NCBI RefSeq assembly: GCF_024223415.1
Contig: NZ_CP100500.1
Reading direction: 5' to 3' (one strand)
Source: Escherichia coli
GTDB taxonomy: Bacteria; Pseudomonadota; Gammaproteobacteria; Enterobacterales; Enterobacteriaceae
DNA: 64,000 bases
The translations under genes and the position numbers were made by a program. Position 1 is the stretch's first letter. Every line of letters begins with the position of its first letter. This document shows, one piece after another, positions 23,662-31,400 of this stretch. The notes under the pieces are model-generated. The model was not told where the DNA came from, ran no database searches, and worked only from the letters and a program-made list of their open reading frames with translations.

Positions 23662-24102
23662 TTAACTTTGCTGTTCTGTAACGACTGATTGTTCCATGCT
23701 GGCACGGCGAACGCTTACGGCATGACGCCACCCAGCCAGAAAGCCAGCCATTTTATTTCGTGCCTTGCTCACATCTTCCGGTGAATAGCCGTAAATATGC
23801 AAACCTTCATCAAATCGCTGTTCTGTTTCTTCACTGAAATACTCGTCGCGCTCTGACGCAATCAACCTGGCAACCATAATCTTTTCCAGTGCGCTGGTTT
23901 CTCCGTGGTACTCAATAGCATCAAGATGGCTTTTACCCATGCACCAGAATAATGTGTGTCCGATGTGATAACCGCCGGACTTTCCGCGATCCGCATCAAG
24001 ATATGGCATGCCCTGTTTGGTCCATGCGCGAATAGTGGTTCTGTTGACCTTGAAATGTTCTGCTATTTCCTGCTGACTCACAAAACAAGCTTTATCAATC
24101 AT
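23662..24102 (-). CDS. Terminase small subunit, lambda Nu1-like (HTH DNA-packaging protein)
   Basis: 146-aa ORF; N-terminus VSQQEIAEHFKVNRTTIRAWTKQGMPYLDADRGKSGG parallels lambda Nu1 (..IRTIQNWQEQGMPVLRGGGKG..). Confidence 0.7.
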   Translation of the reverse strand: MIDKACFVSQQEIAEHFKVNRTTIRAWTKQGMPYLDADRGKSGGYHIGHTLFWCMGKSHLDAIEYHGETSALEKIMVARLIASERDEYFSEETEQRFDEGLHIYGYSPEDVSKARNKMAGFLAGWRHAVSVRRASMEQSVVTEQQS

Positions 24103-24168
24103 AATGTTACCTTAATCATGCGATTAAATGTTAATCAAGTGGTGGTGGTGTCACCTTCACGGAAAAAC

Positions 24169-24212
24169 GTCATAAATAGCGAAAACGCGCGAGGTCGACG
24201 CCCCGTAACGGG
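24169..24212. repeat. Inverted repeat, right copy (flanks the Nu1-like gene cassette)
   Basis: Partner of 23424-23468 in inverted orientation; the two enclose ~700 bp containing only the Nu1-like gene and an AT-rich tract. Confidence 0.7.
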
Positions 24213-24233
24213 TCCACATGCCGGAAAGGACCC

Positions 24234-24258
24234 GCAAAAAAAGCCGGATTTCTCCGGC
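24234..24258 (-). terminator. Rho-independent terminator after orf137
   Basis: Minus-strand hairpin GCCGGAGAAATCCGGC followed by a T-run; nearly the same terminator recurs at 26509-26532. Confidence 0.5.
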
Positions 24259-24264
24259 CTTGTC

Positions 24265-24678
24265 TCAGATGGTTTTCAGTATGCGATCGATGTCGCCGTC
24301 ATCGCCCTGGTTTGTGCCATCGTATGCCATGCCAGCTGATACGGCTTTCGGGCTGTGCATGTCCATAAAGTTTTCAAAGGCTGAAGTAAGCTCTGGTGCA
24401 ACCTTCGGGCGTTCCTGCTCTATGGTCATGCTAAGGATGCTTTTAGCCGTACCAACATCGATACAAGGCACGTTAGCCATTGCACGTAACAGCGGCTGGT
24501 AGTCGTCAGATTCATGAAGCGCCATAATCGCATCAGCGCGCGGCTTGTCCTGTTCTTCCAGTTTGTTGAGTCGGTGTATGGCCTCGTAGGTTGATAAACC
24601 TCTGTCAGCCATTGCCCGCGCTTCGGCTTTAAATTTACTCGCCAGCGGTAGCTTCATGATACTTTCATTCGTTGCCAT
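24265..24678 (-). CDS. Hypothetical head-module protein (137 aa)
   Basis: ORF directly downstream of the D-like gene in the same operon; acidic C-terminus; no recognisable domain. Confidence 0.5.
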   Translation of the reverse strand: MATNESIMKLPLASKFKAEARAMADRGLSTYEAIHRLNKLEEQDKPRADAIMALHESDDYQPLLRAMANVPCIDVGTAKSILSMTIEQERPKVAPELTSAFENFMDMHSPKAVSAGMAYDGTNQGDDGDIDRILKTI

Positions 24679-24690
24679 CGTTCCCCCTGC

Positions 24691-25026
24691 TTATCGTGCC
24701 AGCGGCTGAACGGATACGCCGGAACCCGCAAAGGCGGCGCATTTTTTCGCATCGGTGTCGACGCTATCAGGCCAGTTAACGGCGGCAATATTGAATATCC
24801 CCGTTTTGTAACACTGTGCTGATTTCTGCTTTGACGTGTCCACGGGGTGCGAAGTCAGATAAACAGCTTTGCCAGATTCCTGACCATCCCACGCCTTAAA
24901 CTCGCCATTGTCTGCCAGCATCAGCGGGGTAAATTCCTGAATAACGCCAGCATCAGCGGCAAAATGTACCAGCGTCGTGGATACCTGCTGGCTGCCTGAA
25001 AATAACTCAATGTATGGAGCGTCCAT
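24691..25026 (-). CDS. Head decoration protein, lambda gpD-like
   Basis: 111-aa ORF with gpD-like motifs (TPLMLAD..AWDG..KTGIF..WP..AAFAGSG) and lambda D size. Confidence 0.75.
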   Translation of the reverse strand: MDAPYIELFSGSQQVSTTLVHFAADAGVIQEFTPLMLADNGEFKAWDGQESGKAVYLTSHPVDTSKQKSAQCYKTGIFNIAAVNWPDSVDTDAKKCAAFAGSGVSVQPLAR

Positions 25027-25037
25027 AGAATCCCCCG

Positions 25038-26093
25038 TTAAGCAATTTTGACGGTAACAAATTTGCGAATATCTGCCGGTACCGGCTGCGGTGCGCTGTG
25101 CGTCTGCACGTACTCAATCGCCGGATCGCCGTCCTCAATCCAGTTTTTCGGGTAGTACATGTTTTGCGTTGCGCCCGTTCTTACCGCTTCCTGATCCATA
25201 ATCGCACCATATGCCACCAGCCCTTTATTGTTGGTGTTACCCAGGACCAGCAAATCAGGCTCAAGGAAATATTTTTCGGTGCCGTCGCTGTCAGTGTATT
25301 TGCCGGAATAGACGATAAGGGCCAGATCACCAAGATAGCCTTTAAAGCTCACCACTTCGCCCAGGTTTTTACAGGCCAGCTCGGCGGCGGATTCTGACCC
25401 ACGGGAAAGATCGTACAGTTCACGGAATTTTTTAAAGCTGCGTAATGTGCGCCATACCTCACCGCCCATAATCATGACGTTGGCGGGGCAACCTGCCTGA
25501 TCAGCATAAAGCTCGATGTCATAGATTGGGTCGTGCATGTCTTTATCCTGCTGGGACCATTTTTTACCACTGGCCTGCTGTATGATGCAGTTTTCCGGTA
25601 TTTTCCAGTCGATTTCATAGCGTTCTATGCCTTCGCCCTCAATGATGTTTTTTCCGGTCGTTACCGCATTCACCGCCAGCCATTCAACACGCGCTTTAAT
25701 GGCGTTTACCTGGCGGCGCATGTTGCCAGTAATCAGGCGCATACGGCGATAGGTTGGGTCGTTAAGCTGTGCCGGATCTTCTCCAGCCATGCGCATGATG
25801 GTCTTTGTTGGATCGATTTCGTGCTTTGGCTTCATGTAGCCTGGTTTAATCGTGCTGGTTTCGTACCCTTTATCGCGCTGGACCTGACTACCCACCATAG
25901 GAGAACAGAACGCAGACATCGTAACCTCTTCAATGTCCAGGGTGTCCAGCATGATGTTTTGGGTGTTGAAGGTCGCCACGTTCGGGAAAAACAGCGTGGT
26001 AAACAGCGGACTAAATTTAAATTCCGAAATATCCCCGCGATTCAGGTACGCGAAAAGCTGGTTAGTTGTAAGTGCCGTTGCTTTGCCTGTCAT
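25038..26093 (-). CDS. Major capsid protein, lambda gpE family
   Basis: 351-aa ORF with many lambda gpE identities (PGYMKPKHE, DPTYRRMRLI, VVSFKGYLGDLALIVYSGKY, VLGNT, YPKNW..GDPA, SAP). Confidence 0.85.
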   Translation of the reverse strand: MTGKATALTTNQLFAYLNRGDISEFKFSPLFTTLFFPNVATFNTQNIMLDTLDIEEVTMSAFCSPMVGSQVQRDKGYETSTIKPGYMKPKHEIDPTKTIMRMAGEDPAQLNDPTYRRMRLITGNMRRQVNAIKARVEWLAVNAVTTGKNIIEGEGIERYEIDWKIPENCIIQQASGKKWSQQDKDMHDPIYDIELYADQAGCPANVMIMGGEVWRTLRSFKKFRELYDLSRGSESAAELACKNLGEVVSFKGYLGDLALIVYSGKYTDSDGTEKYFLEPDLLVLGNTNNKGLVAYGAIMDQEAVRTGATQNMYYPKNWIEDGDPAIEYVQTHSAPQPVPADIRKFVTVKIA

Positions 26094-26299
26094 TATTCAC
26101 CTCCGTGAACCTGATTGATACCCAGCGCCGCACGTAAATAGGTGCGCACCTGCCAGCCTGTTGACGGCTCAACCATCGCCAGCGGATCAAGTCCTGCCGC
26201 AATGCCTGCTTTTACATTCTGCTGGTGGCGTTCCTTGAGCGCCTCCACGATGTCGGGGCTTATGTAGACCGTCACCCCGCCTTTTTTCTCTTCTGCCAT
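26093..26299 (-). CDS. Hypothetical protein translationally coupled to the capsid gene (68 aa)
   Basis: ORF whose stop overlaps the capsid gene start; no recognisable domain. Confidence 0.45.
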   Translation of the reverse strand: MAEEKKGGVTVYISPDIVEALKERHQQNVKAGIAAGLDPLAMVEPSTGWQVRTYLRAALGINQVHGGE

Positions 26300-26508
26300 A
26301 GTCAGAAATTCCTCTTTGACTTAAAAAATCATAACTGGATGTTCATCCAGTCCTGATTATAATCATGATTGCATTTTGTGCAATAATGTTGAGTTGTGTT
26401 GCAAATTATGAAATGATTATCCCGATCATGTGTGTCAGTGCACCATAAAAAACCTCGTATACAAAAGCCCGATAAGCCCCCTGTGACCTTATCGGGCTTT
26501 TTTTAGGC

Positions 26509-26532
26509 GTAAAAAAGCCGGATTGCTCCGGC
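26509..26532 (-). terminator. Rho-independent terminator after the PerC-like gene
   Basis: Minus-strand hairpin GCCGGAGCAATCCGGC followed by a T-run. Confidence 0.5.
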
Positions 26533-26539
26533 TGTGTGC

Positions 26540-26812
26540 TCACTTCTGCGGGTAGTTGCGCCATATTGCTTTGCCAATACCAGCTATCCCCATTTGTTTT
26601 TCAGTGCGATTAACTGACCTTTTCAGAGCGCCTAAATCATCCGGCGGCTCCGGTGGCCTCTGTGCCTTCCGTGAACATTCCAGCCGTCGCATTGCCACCT
26701 GTGCGCGTTCCTTGTCTGTCTCCACCAGCATCATCACTTCACCCCATCGCGCGGCCGCCCTCCGGTAAAATCCTTTCGCCTCCAGTTCCTCCGCTATCCG
26801 GTCATGTACCAT
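26540..26812 (-). CDS. PerC-family transcriptional regulator-like protein
   Basis: ORF 26540..26932; likely start MVHDRIAEELEAKGFYRRAAARWGEVMMLV, resembling PerC-family proteins; assignment from memory of the family. Confidence 0.5.
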   Translation of the reverse strand: MVHDRIAEELEAKGFYRRAAARWGEVMMLVETDKERAQVAMRRLECSRKAQRPPEPPDDLGALKRSVNRTEKQMGIAGIGKAIWRNYPQK

Positions 26813-26822
26813 CGTCACCCCC

Positions 26823-27233
26823 TCAGAACGGAATATCATCACCGTAAGGGTCATCGCCTCCCGCTGGTGGCTGATTACCCTGTGTGCCTGTGGTTTTGCG
26901 TCTGTTCCCGCCAGGACGTGCCGCACGGGCACTGATTACGCTGTCTGCGATGACCTGCCAGCCCTGCCGCGTTTCGCCGTTCTGGCCTGTCCACTGGCTT
27001 ACCTGCATGTTACCCGCCACGCTCACCAGTTCGCCTTTGTGGTGTCTGGCCAGTGCGTCGGCCTGTCTGCCAAACGCCAGGACGGATAACCACATCGTCG
27101 CCGTTCCGTCATCTGCCTGGCTGCATGGCAGGGGAACCGCCATACTCGCCATCGCCATTTGTGTCCCTTTGCTGGTCTGTTTTGTCTGCGGGTCGTCCAC
27201 CAGCCGCCCGTAAGCCGCTATCTGTGCTGTCAT
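26823..27233 (-). CDS. Single-stranded DNA-binding protein (SSB)
   Basis: 136-aa ORF with OB-fold-like N-terminus, Gly/Pro-rich linker and the canonical acidic SSB tail ...GDDIPF. Confidence 0.8.
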   Translation of the reverse strand: MTAQIAAYGRLVDDPQTKQTSKGTQMAMASMAVPLPCSQADDGTATMWLSVLAFGRQADALARHHKGELVSVAGNMQVSQWTGQNGETRQGWQVIADSVISARAARPGGNRRKTTGTQGNQPPAGGDDPYGDDIPF

Positions 27234-27487
27234 GCTGTCTGCTCTCCGGTTTTAACATTGATGGTTGTCACCTGTTCCGCTCCGGCAATCTCCCGCTCTG
27301 TCAGCGTGGCAAAGTTTGCCGCCGTCGTTGTCATGAATGCGCTTATCAGTTCGGGATGTGCTTTCGCGTATCCTTCCCCCGTGTTGCGGTCGATGATTTT
27401 TATCGCCACCCTCAGCCAGTGCTCTGTAAGGTCAATGGCGCGGTTATGTGATTTCTTCTGATTGTTAAATTTTTCTGATGTGTGCAT
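27230..27487 (-). CDS. Hypothetical protein (85 aa) upstream of ssb
   Basis: ORF overlapping the ssb start by 4 nt; no recognisable domain. Confidence 0.45.
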   Translation of the reverse strand: MHTSEKFNNQKKSHNRAIDLTEHWLRVAIKIIDRNTGEGYAKAHPELISAFMTTTAANFATLTEREIAGAEQVTTINVKTGEQTA

Positions 27488-27529
27488 TTTTATTTTTACC
27501 CCCTCGTTTAAAAAGTTTTGAGTTGTGGT

Positions 27530-27770
27530 GCACCTCCTCTACCTCTCTACACAATCATCTTTCAGGTCAGTAATGGCGCGGCTTTCAGCGGGGTAGAGGG
27601 CTTTTTTGGCCCTCTACCCGCCATCTACCACCCCCTCACAAATGCCCTGAATTATGGTAGAGGGTGTAGAGGGCTTTTAAGTACCTTCTACCTGCCATCC
27701 ACCCAATCTATCCACATGAAATATATGTAATTATTTTCTTAAGGTAGAAGGGGTAGAGGGCTTTTGTCTA
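27530..27770. repeat. Iteron array; candidate replication origin of the island
   Basis: At least six copies or variants of GGTAGAGGG(C)TTTT and its complement CCCTCTACC in about 240 bp of non-coding DNA directly 3' of the primase gene. Confidence 0.6.
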
Positions 27771-27773
27771 AAA

Positions 27774-29522
27774 CTATAAAAACGCGTCGCAGTCGTCTGT
27801 TGTTGTCACGTTGGTTTGCGTAAACCCTTTAATCCTGCGCGTTATATATTCATGACCGTAAACTTTCGCCGCTGGCTTCATGGCCTTGCTGAACTCAGCC
27901 ACGTTCAGCGGTTTGCTCCTGCCTGCATACGCCATAAACGCCAGATAGACGCGGTAAAGGCTGTTTCTGGTCGTGTACTTCACTGAATCGCCACCGCCGC
28001 CCATCATCAGGCCACGTGCTTCCTCCAGAAAATTCAGGAACTGGCAAAACTCAATAACCGGATCCGTCTGTTGCTTTATTGCCAGAGCTTCATCACCGTC
28101 TCGCTGTTCAATGAGTAAAGCCCGTGCCTTTTCAGGGTCGGCAAAGTTCGCCAGCAAGCGGCGGATAATGACAGGGATTTCAGCCGCGATCTTTTCCGGT
28201 AGCTCCCTGTCTTTTTCTGCCTCGCTTACGATGTTATCGAACCGGAATATCACCCGACGACGTGACACGCCTCCTGCCCGTTCGGTGAATATCATCGGGT
28301 TATTATTGGTTGCCAGCACAACCGCCCTGATTACCGCCGTGAATCGCTTTTCATATTTCGGGTTGATTTCCACGGGGTCGCCGCCCGTGATTTTCTTGAT
28401 GCCCGTTCCTTCGCCTGTATATTTCGGCTGGTCTGCCAGGACAATAAGCCTACTCCCGACAACCTGCGCACGCCCACCAGCATCATCAAGCGATGTCATC
28501 TCAGCGCTTACCGTGTTCTGTTTCCCTGCCAGAAGGCTGGCTATGTGTGTGAATGTACTTTTACCGCTCCCGCCGTCTCCGGTGGCCTCAATAAACATCT
28601 GCCAGTCGTACCGGTTCGCCATAATCATGTACAGCGCGGCACATATACGCATCATCTTGCGCGGGTCTTTTCCGGCAGCGTGATCAAGCCATTTATGAAA
28701 GTTTGGCGCGTTGTCGCGGATATTCTCACCTGGTACTGGCGGCGTGTACTCAATGCCGTTGTGTGTGGTGATCCAGTTCTCCGGCGTGTGCGGGGAAAAT
28801 TCCCCCGTTTTCAGGTCAAGCGCACCATTGGCGAACGGCAGCAAATCGCCGGACGGCTCGCCCATTGGTTCGGCAATAACTTTTAACGCTTCCACGGCGT
28901 TACTGATTACGCGCTTGCTGAAAGTGGCCCTGTGCTCTGAATAGATCGCCACCATTTCGCGGCTCAGTTCCATTGTGCTGACCGGACACCATACCCCGCC
29001 GCGCCATACGTGAACGATTTCACTTTCCAGATGCACACAAACGCCATCAAATCGACCAGCAAGCATCTGTGCGCGCTCACTGTCTGCCATTTGTGCCAGT
29101 TGCGTATTTTTCTGCTCCGGCATGGTAAGCCCTGCGGCAATATTTTCACGCTCAGCATTCAGATAGCGCCGCCAGTTTTCACACTTCTGACCGTGCATTC
29201 CTTCAGAGTAAAAATTCGCATCCTGAATATCTGCCGCCGCCAGCTTCTGACCAATCTTTTTGGTCTCCACTAAATCCAGTTCTCCGGCCTGGTACAGCCT
29301 TACGCGTTTTTTTCCATCCGGAACAATTTTCAGCGCATCAAGTTCAGCAAGCTGATTTGGCCCAAGCCACACAGGCGGCACATTATCGCCGGATGCGGGA
29401 CCGTCCTTCTCCTGCCACTGTTGTGCATGCGACCAGGCATCACTACCCGCAAAGATAATTACCTCTGTGTCTTTGTGTTTTATTCCGCGTGGCTGTTTTT
29501 TTACGTTCGGTGCCAGTTTCAT
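27774..29522 (-). CDS. Phage/plasmid primase-helicase (P4 alpha family; D5_N plus P-loop NTPase)
   Basis: 582-aa ORF; Walker A GDGGSGKST; architecture and size typical of satellite or PICI Pri-Rep proteins. Confidence 0.85.
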   Translation of the reverse strand: MKLAPNVKKQPRGIKHKDTEVIIFAGSDAWSHAQQWQEKDGPASGDNVPPVWLGPNQLAELDALKIVPDGKKRVRLYQAGELDLVETKKIGQKLAAADIQDANFYSEGMHGQKCENWRRYLNAERENIAAGLTMPEQKNTQLAQMADSERAQMLAGRFDGVCVHLESEIVHVWRGGVWCPVSTMELSREMVAIYSEHRATFSKRVISNAVEALKVIAEPMGEPSGDLLPFANGALDLKTGEFSPHTPENWITTHNGIEYTPPVPGENIRDNAPNFHKWLDHAAGKDPRKMMRICAALYMIMANRYDWQMFIEATGDGGSGKSTFTHIASLLAGKQNTVSAEMTSLDDAGGRAQVVGSRLIVLADQPKYTGEGTGIKKITGGDPVEINPKYEKRFTAVIRAVVLATNNNPMIFTERAGGVSRRRVIFRFDNIVSEAEKDRELPEKIAAEIPVIIRRLLANFADPEKARALLIEQRDGDEALAIKQQTDPVIEFCQFLNFLEEARGLMMGGGGDSVKYTTRNSLYRVYLAFMAYAGRSKPLNVAEFSKAMKPAAKVYGHEYITRRIKGFTQTNVTTTDDCDAFL

Positions 29523-29818
29523 TTTTTACCCCTGAATACGTTAAGCATCTTTTTTATTTCCTGAATATTGGCGCGTGCTTTCTCCCTGCTGGTTGGTTTA
29601 CTGCGGGGCGCTGCCTGTACCAGAGAAAAATCACGCCGGAACTGATAAACAGGCATCACGCAATCATATTCGTAGCCTTCACGGCGGTAAGTGATGCGCC
29701 GTTCCTCCACGCCTTTAATCGTTACCGTGCCGCCGTACTGGTCGCGGTAAATATCGCCGTTCATAAATTCAGGCCGAGCGGGGCCGCTGGCATTAACGCC
29801 AGTATTTTTCATTCCCAT
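29519..29818 (-). CDS. Hypothetical protein (99 aa), translationally coupled to primase
   Basis: Stop overlaps the primase start by 4 nt; basic protein of unknown function. Confidence 0.5.
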   Translation of the reverse strand: MGMKNTGVNASGPARPEFMNGDIYRDQYGGTVTIKGVEERRITYRREGYEYDCVMPVYQFRRDFSLVQAAPRSKPTSREKARANIQEIKKMLNVFRGKK

Positions 29819-29822
29819 ATAA

Positions 29823-30065
29823 TTAAATTCCGTTTGTGTGGTGTTTTAATTCGTCAATTTTTTCTAATGCTTTGTTTATCTTGCTGGTGGAAATATCCAG
29901 CAATTCAGAAATAGCAAATATAAGTCTTGCCGTTGATTCATCTCTTTCGTTGTTTGACAGCAATTGAAACCACACGTTTGTAATTTCAATTGCCGAATTA
30001 TTATAGGTTATTGCACTGTTCATGTATTCCGACACCTCTGCAAGCGAAAGTTTATTATTCTCCAT
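29823..30065 (-). CDS. Hypothetical protein (80 aa), AT-rich accessory gene
   Basis: Locally AT-rich ORF within the minus-strand operon. Confidence 0.4.
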   Translation of the reverse strand: MENNKLSLAEVSEYMNSAITYNNSAIEITNVWFQLLSNNERDESTARLIFAISELLDISTSKINKALEKIDELKHHTNGI

Positions 30066-30246
30066 AACGTTCTACCCTCTCATCAATTAACCACAGTGCA
30101 ACACTTCCTGACAGTCTTGCCAGAAGGCCAGCTAATGCGGATATATCATCATCATTTAATTTATTAGGGTACGCTTCAAGAAGTCTGCAAATAATTTCGG
30201 TTTGGTGGGCGCGTTCAGCGGCTTCGTGTAATGTAATTTCCTTCAT
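30055..30246 (-). CDS. Hypothetical protein (63 aa)
   Basis: ORF overlapping its neighbours by a few nt (operon). Confidence 0.4.
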   Translation of the reverse strand: MKEITLHEAAERAHQTEIICRLLEAYPNKLNDDDISALAGLLARLSGSVALWLIDERVERYGE

Positions 30247-30431
30247 TAATGCACCTCTTTTAATTCATACACTGCTGAAATAATGACTTGTGATAAGCCA
30301 TATTCTGATGATTCGCTTCTCACCGCAGCAATAGCCGTCTGAACATTAACAGCCTTCACATTCTGAGCGATACCAATTGTGTGGCCTAGTGGGTTAACAG
30401 CTCGGGCAAATACACGGAAGGTTTTAAGCAT
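30246..30431 (-). CDS. Hypothetical protein (61 aa)
   Basis: ORF overlapping its neighbours (operon). Confidence 0.4.
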   Translation of the reverse strand: MLKTFRVFARAVNPLGHTIGIAQNVKAVNVQTAIAAVRSESSEYGLSQVIISAVYELKEVH

Positions 30432-30789
30432 GGCGCACCCCCTGAATAACCTGATATCCGCAACTGGTCAGCAATTCGATAAATTCCGGCAGAGTGCCAA
30501 AACAGCAATCAGTGCGTAGCTGTTCGCAGGATACCTCAACGCCGTTTTCGTAATGGCTCACTATGCGCCCGGTAAAATGCGGATCATCATCGTGATGGCA
30601 CGTTGACGGTTTCATCAGCCGCGCGCGTTCCGCCAGTTCCAGCAATGCTTCAACGCTTCCGGCAATTGCACCATCCGGCAGGTGATAATTACTTACTACG
30701 CGTCCATTCTCTACATTGACCAGTAGCTGTCCGGTAAATTTCTCACGAAACTGAACGCGGTTAAGATCGGTAAGTGACAGGTTAATCAT
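30424..30789 (-). CDS. Hypothetical Cys/His-containing protein (about 122 aa)
   Basis: ORF track 30424..30831; ATG at 30789 overlaps the upstream gene stop (ATGATTAA); contains CHHDDDPH...C..CC, a possible metal site. Confidence 0.45.
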   Translation of the reverse strand: MINLSLTDLNRVQFREKFTGQLLVNVENGRVVSNYHLPDGAIAGSVEALLELAERARLMKPSTCHHDDDPHFTGRIVSHYENGVEVSCEQLRTDCCFGTLPEFIELLTSCGYQVIQGVRHA

Positions 30790-30979
30790 GGCACACCTCC
30801 TGACGAATACGGGCGGCGAATACAGCGACACAACCGGACGGGCAACGGTTACGCGCTTCGCGTTCTGTCCAGGCGGTCACGTGGATAATTTGAGATTCTC
30901 CGGCACTCAGTGCCAGAAAACGCCACACAAAGGCGGTTTGTGTGTGCGCAAGGCGTGGGGTATGCTGTGTTCCAGCCAT
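30782..30979 (-). CDS. Small protein resembling P4 Icd-like / Ash-family (host cell-division inhibitor-like)
   Basis: 65-aa ORF MAGTQHTPRLAHTQTAFVWRFLALSAGESQIIHVTAWTEREARNRC...; SD GAGGT 7 nt upstream; first gene of the leftward operon; family assignment tentative. Confidence 0.4.
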   Translation of the reverse strand: MAGTQHTPRLAHTQTAFVWRFLALSAGESQIIHVTAWTEREARNRCPSGCVAVFAARIRQEVCHD

Positions 30980-31069
30980 AATCGTTACCTCAATTAATGG
31001 TTTGGTTAGAAGCCCGTTGGTGTTCATAGCGCCAGCGGGCTTTGTCTTTTCATCGATTACCTCAATAAA

Positions 31070-31151
31070 GGTGTCAGCCACTATACTAGTAACAGGTGTC
31101 AGCCACGTCAATAGTGTTTTTCCATTTTCTTGTGTGTATACTGTCAGCCAC
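31070..31151. promoter_or_regulatory. Three direct repeats of (G)GTGTCAGCCAC in the divergent promoter region (candidate operators)
   Basis: Copies at about 31070-31081, 31095-31106 and 31141-31151, between the leftward icd-like operon and the rightward RHH gene; a TATACT -10-like hexamer abuts copy 3. Confidence 0.5.
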
Positions 31152-31172
31152 CTAATAACAAGGAAATCAGAT

Positions 31173-31352
31173 ATGGCAACGAAAGCAGTTAATGGAAAAT
31201 CCAAAAAACTTGAGGCACGAGTCCCCCATGCAATAGCTGACGCTTTAGAAAATTTAAAGGAAGAAGGCGAAAGCACTGGGCAATTTATCGTTTCGGCACT
31301 TGAAGGCGAGATCAAACGCCGCCAGCGCCGGAAGGCCAAAGAATCAGAATAA
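31173..31352 (+). CDS. Small RHH/Arc-like DNA-binding protein; candidate island repressor
   Basis: 59-aa ORF MATKAVNGKSKKLEARVPHAIADALENLKEEGESTGQFIVSALEGEIKRRQ...; SD AAGGA; transcribed divergently from the replication operon. Confidence 0.55.
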   Translation: MATKAVNGKSKKLEARVPHAIADALENLKEEGESTGQFIVSALEGEIKRRQRRKAKESE

Positions 31353-31400
31353 TCACTATCAGCGCCGTGGTGTGAGGTACTGCGGCGCATTGTTTTAAAG

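Noticed and set aside
23662-26093. Head genes as leftovers of a decayed lambdoid prophage rather than satellite genes
   Set aside because: ORFs are intact, gene order is inverted relative to lambda, no portal/terminase/tail pseudogene remnants are visible, and the module lies inside an element with its own int, primase, origin and att repeats. Not fully excluded without comparative data.
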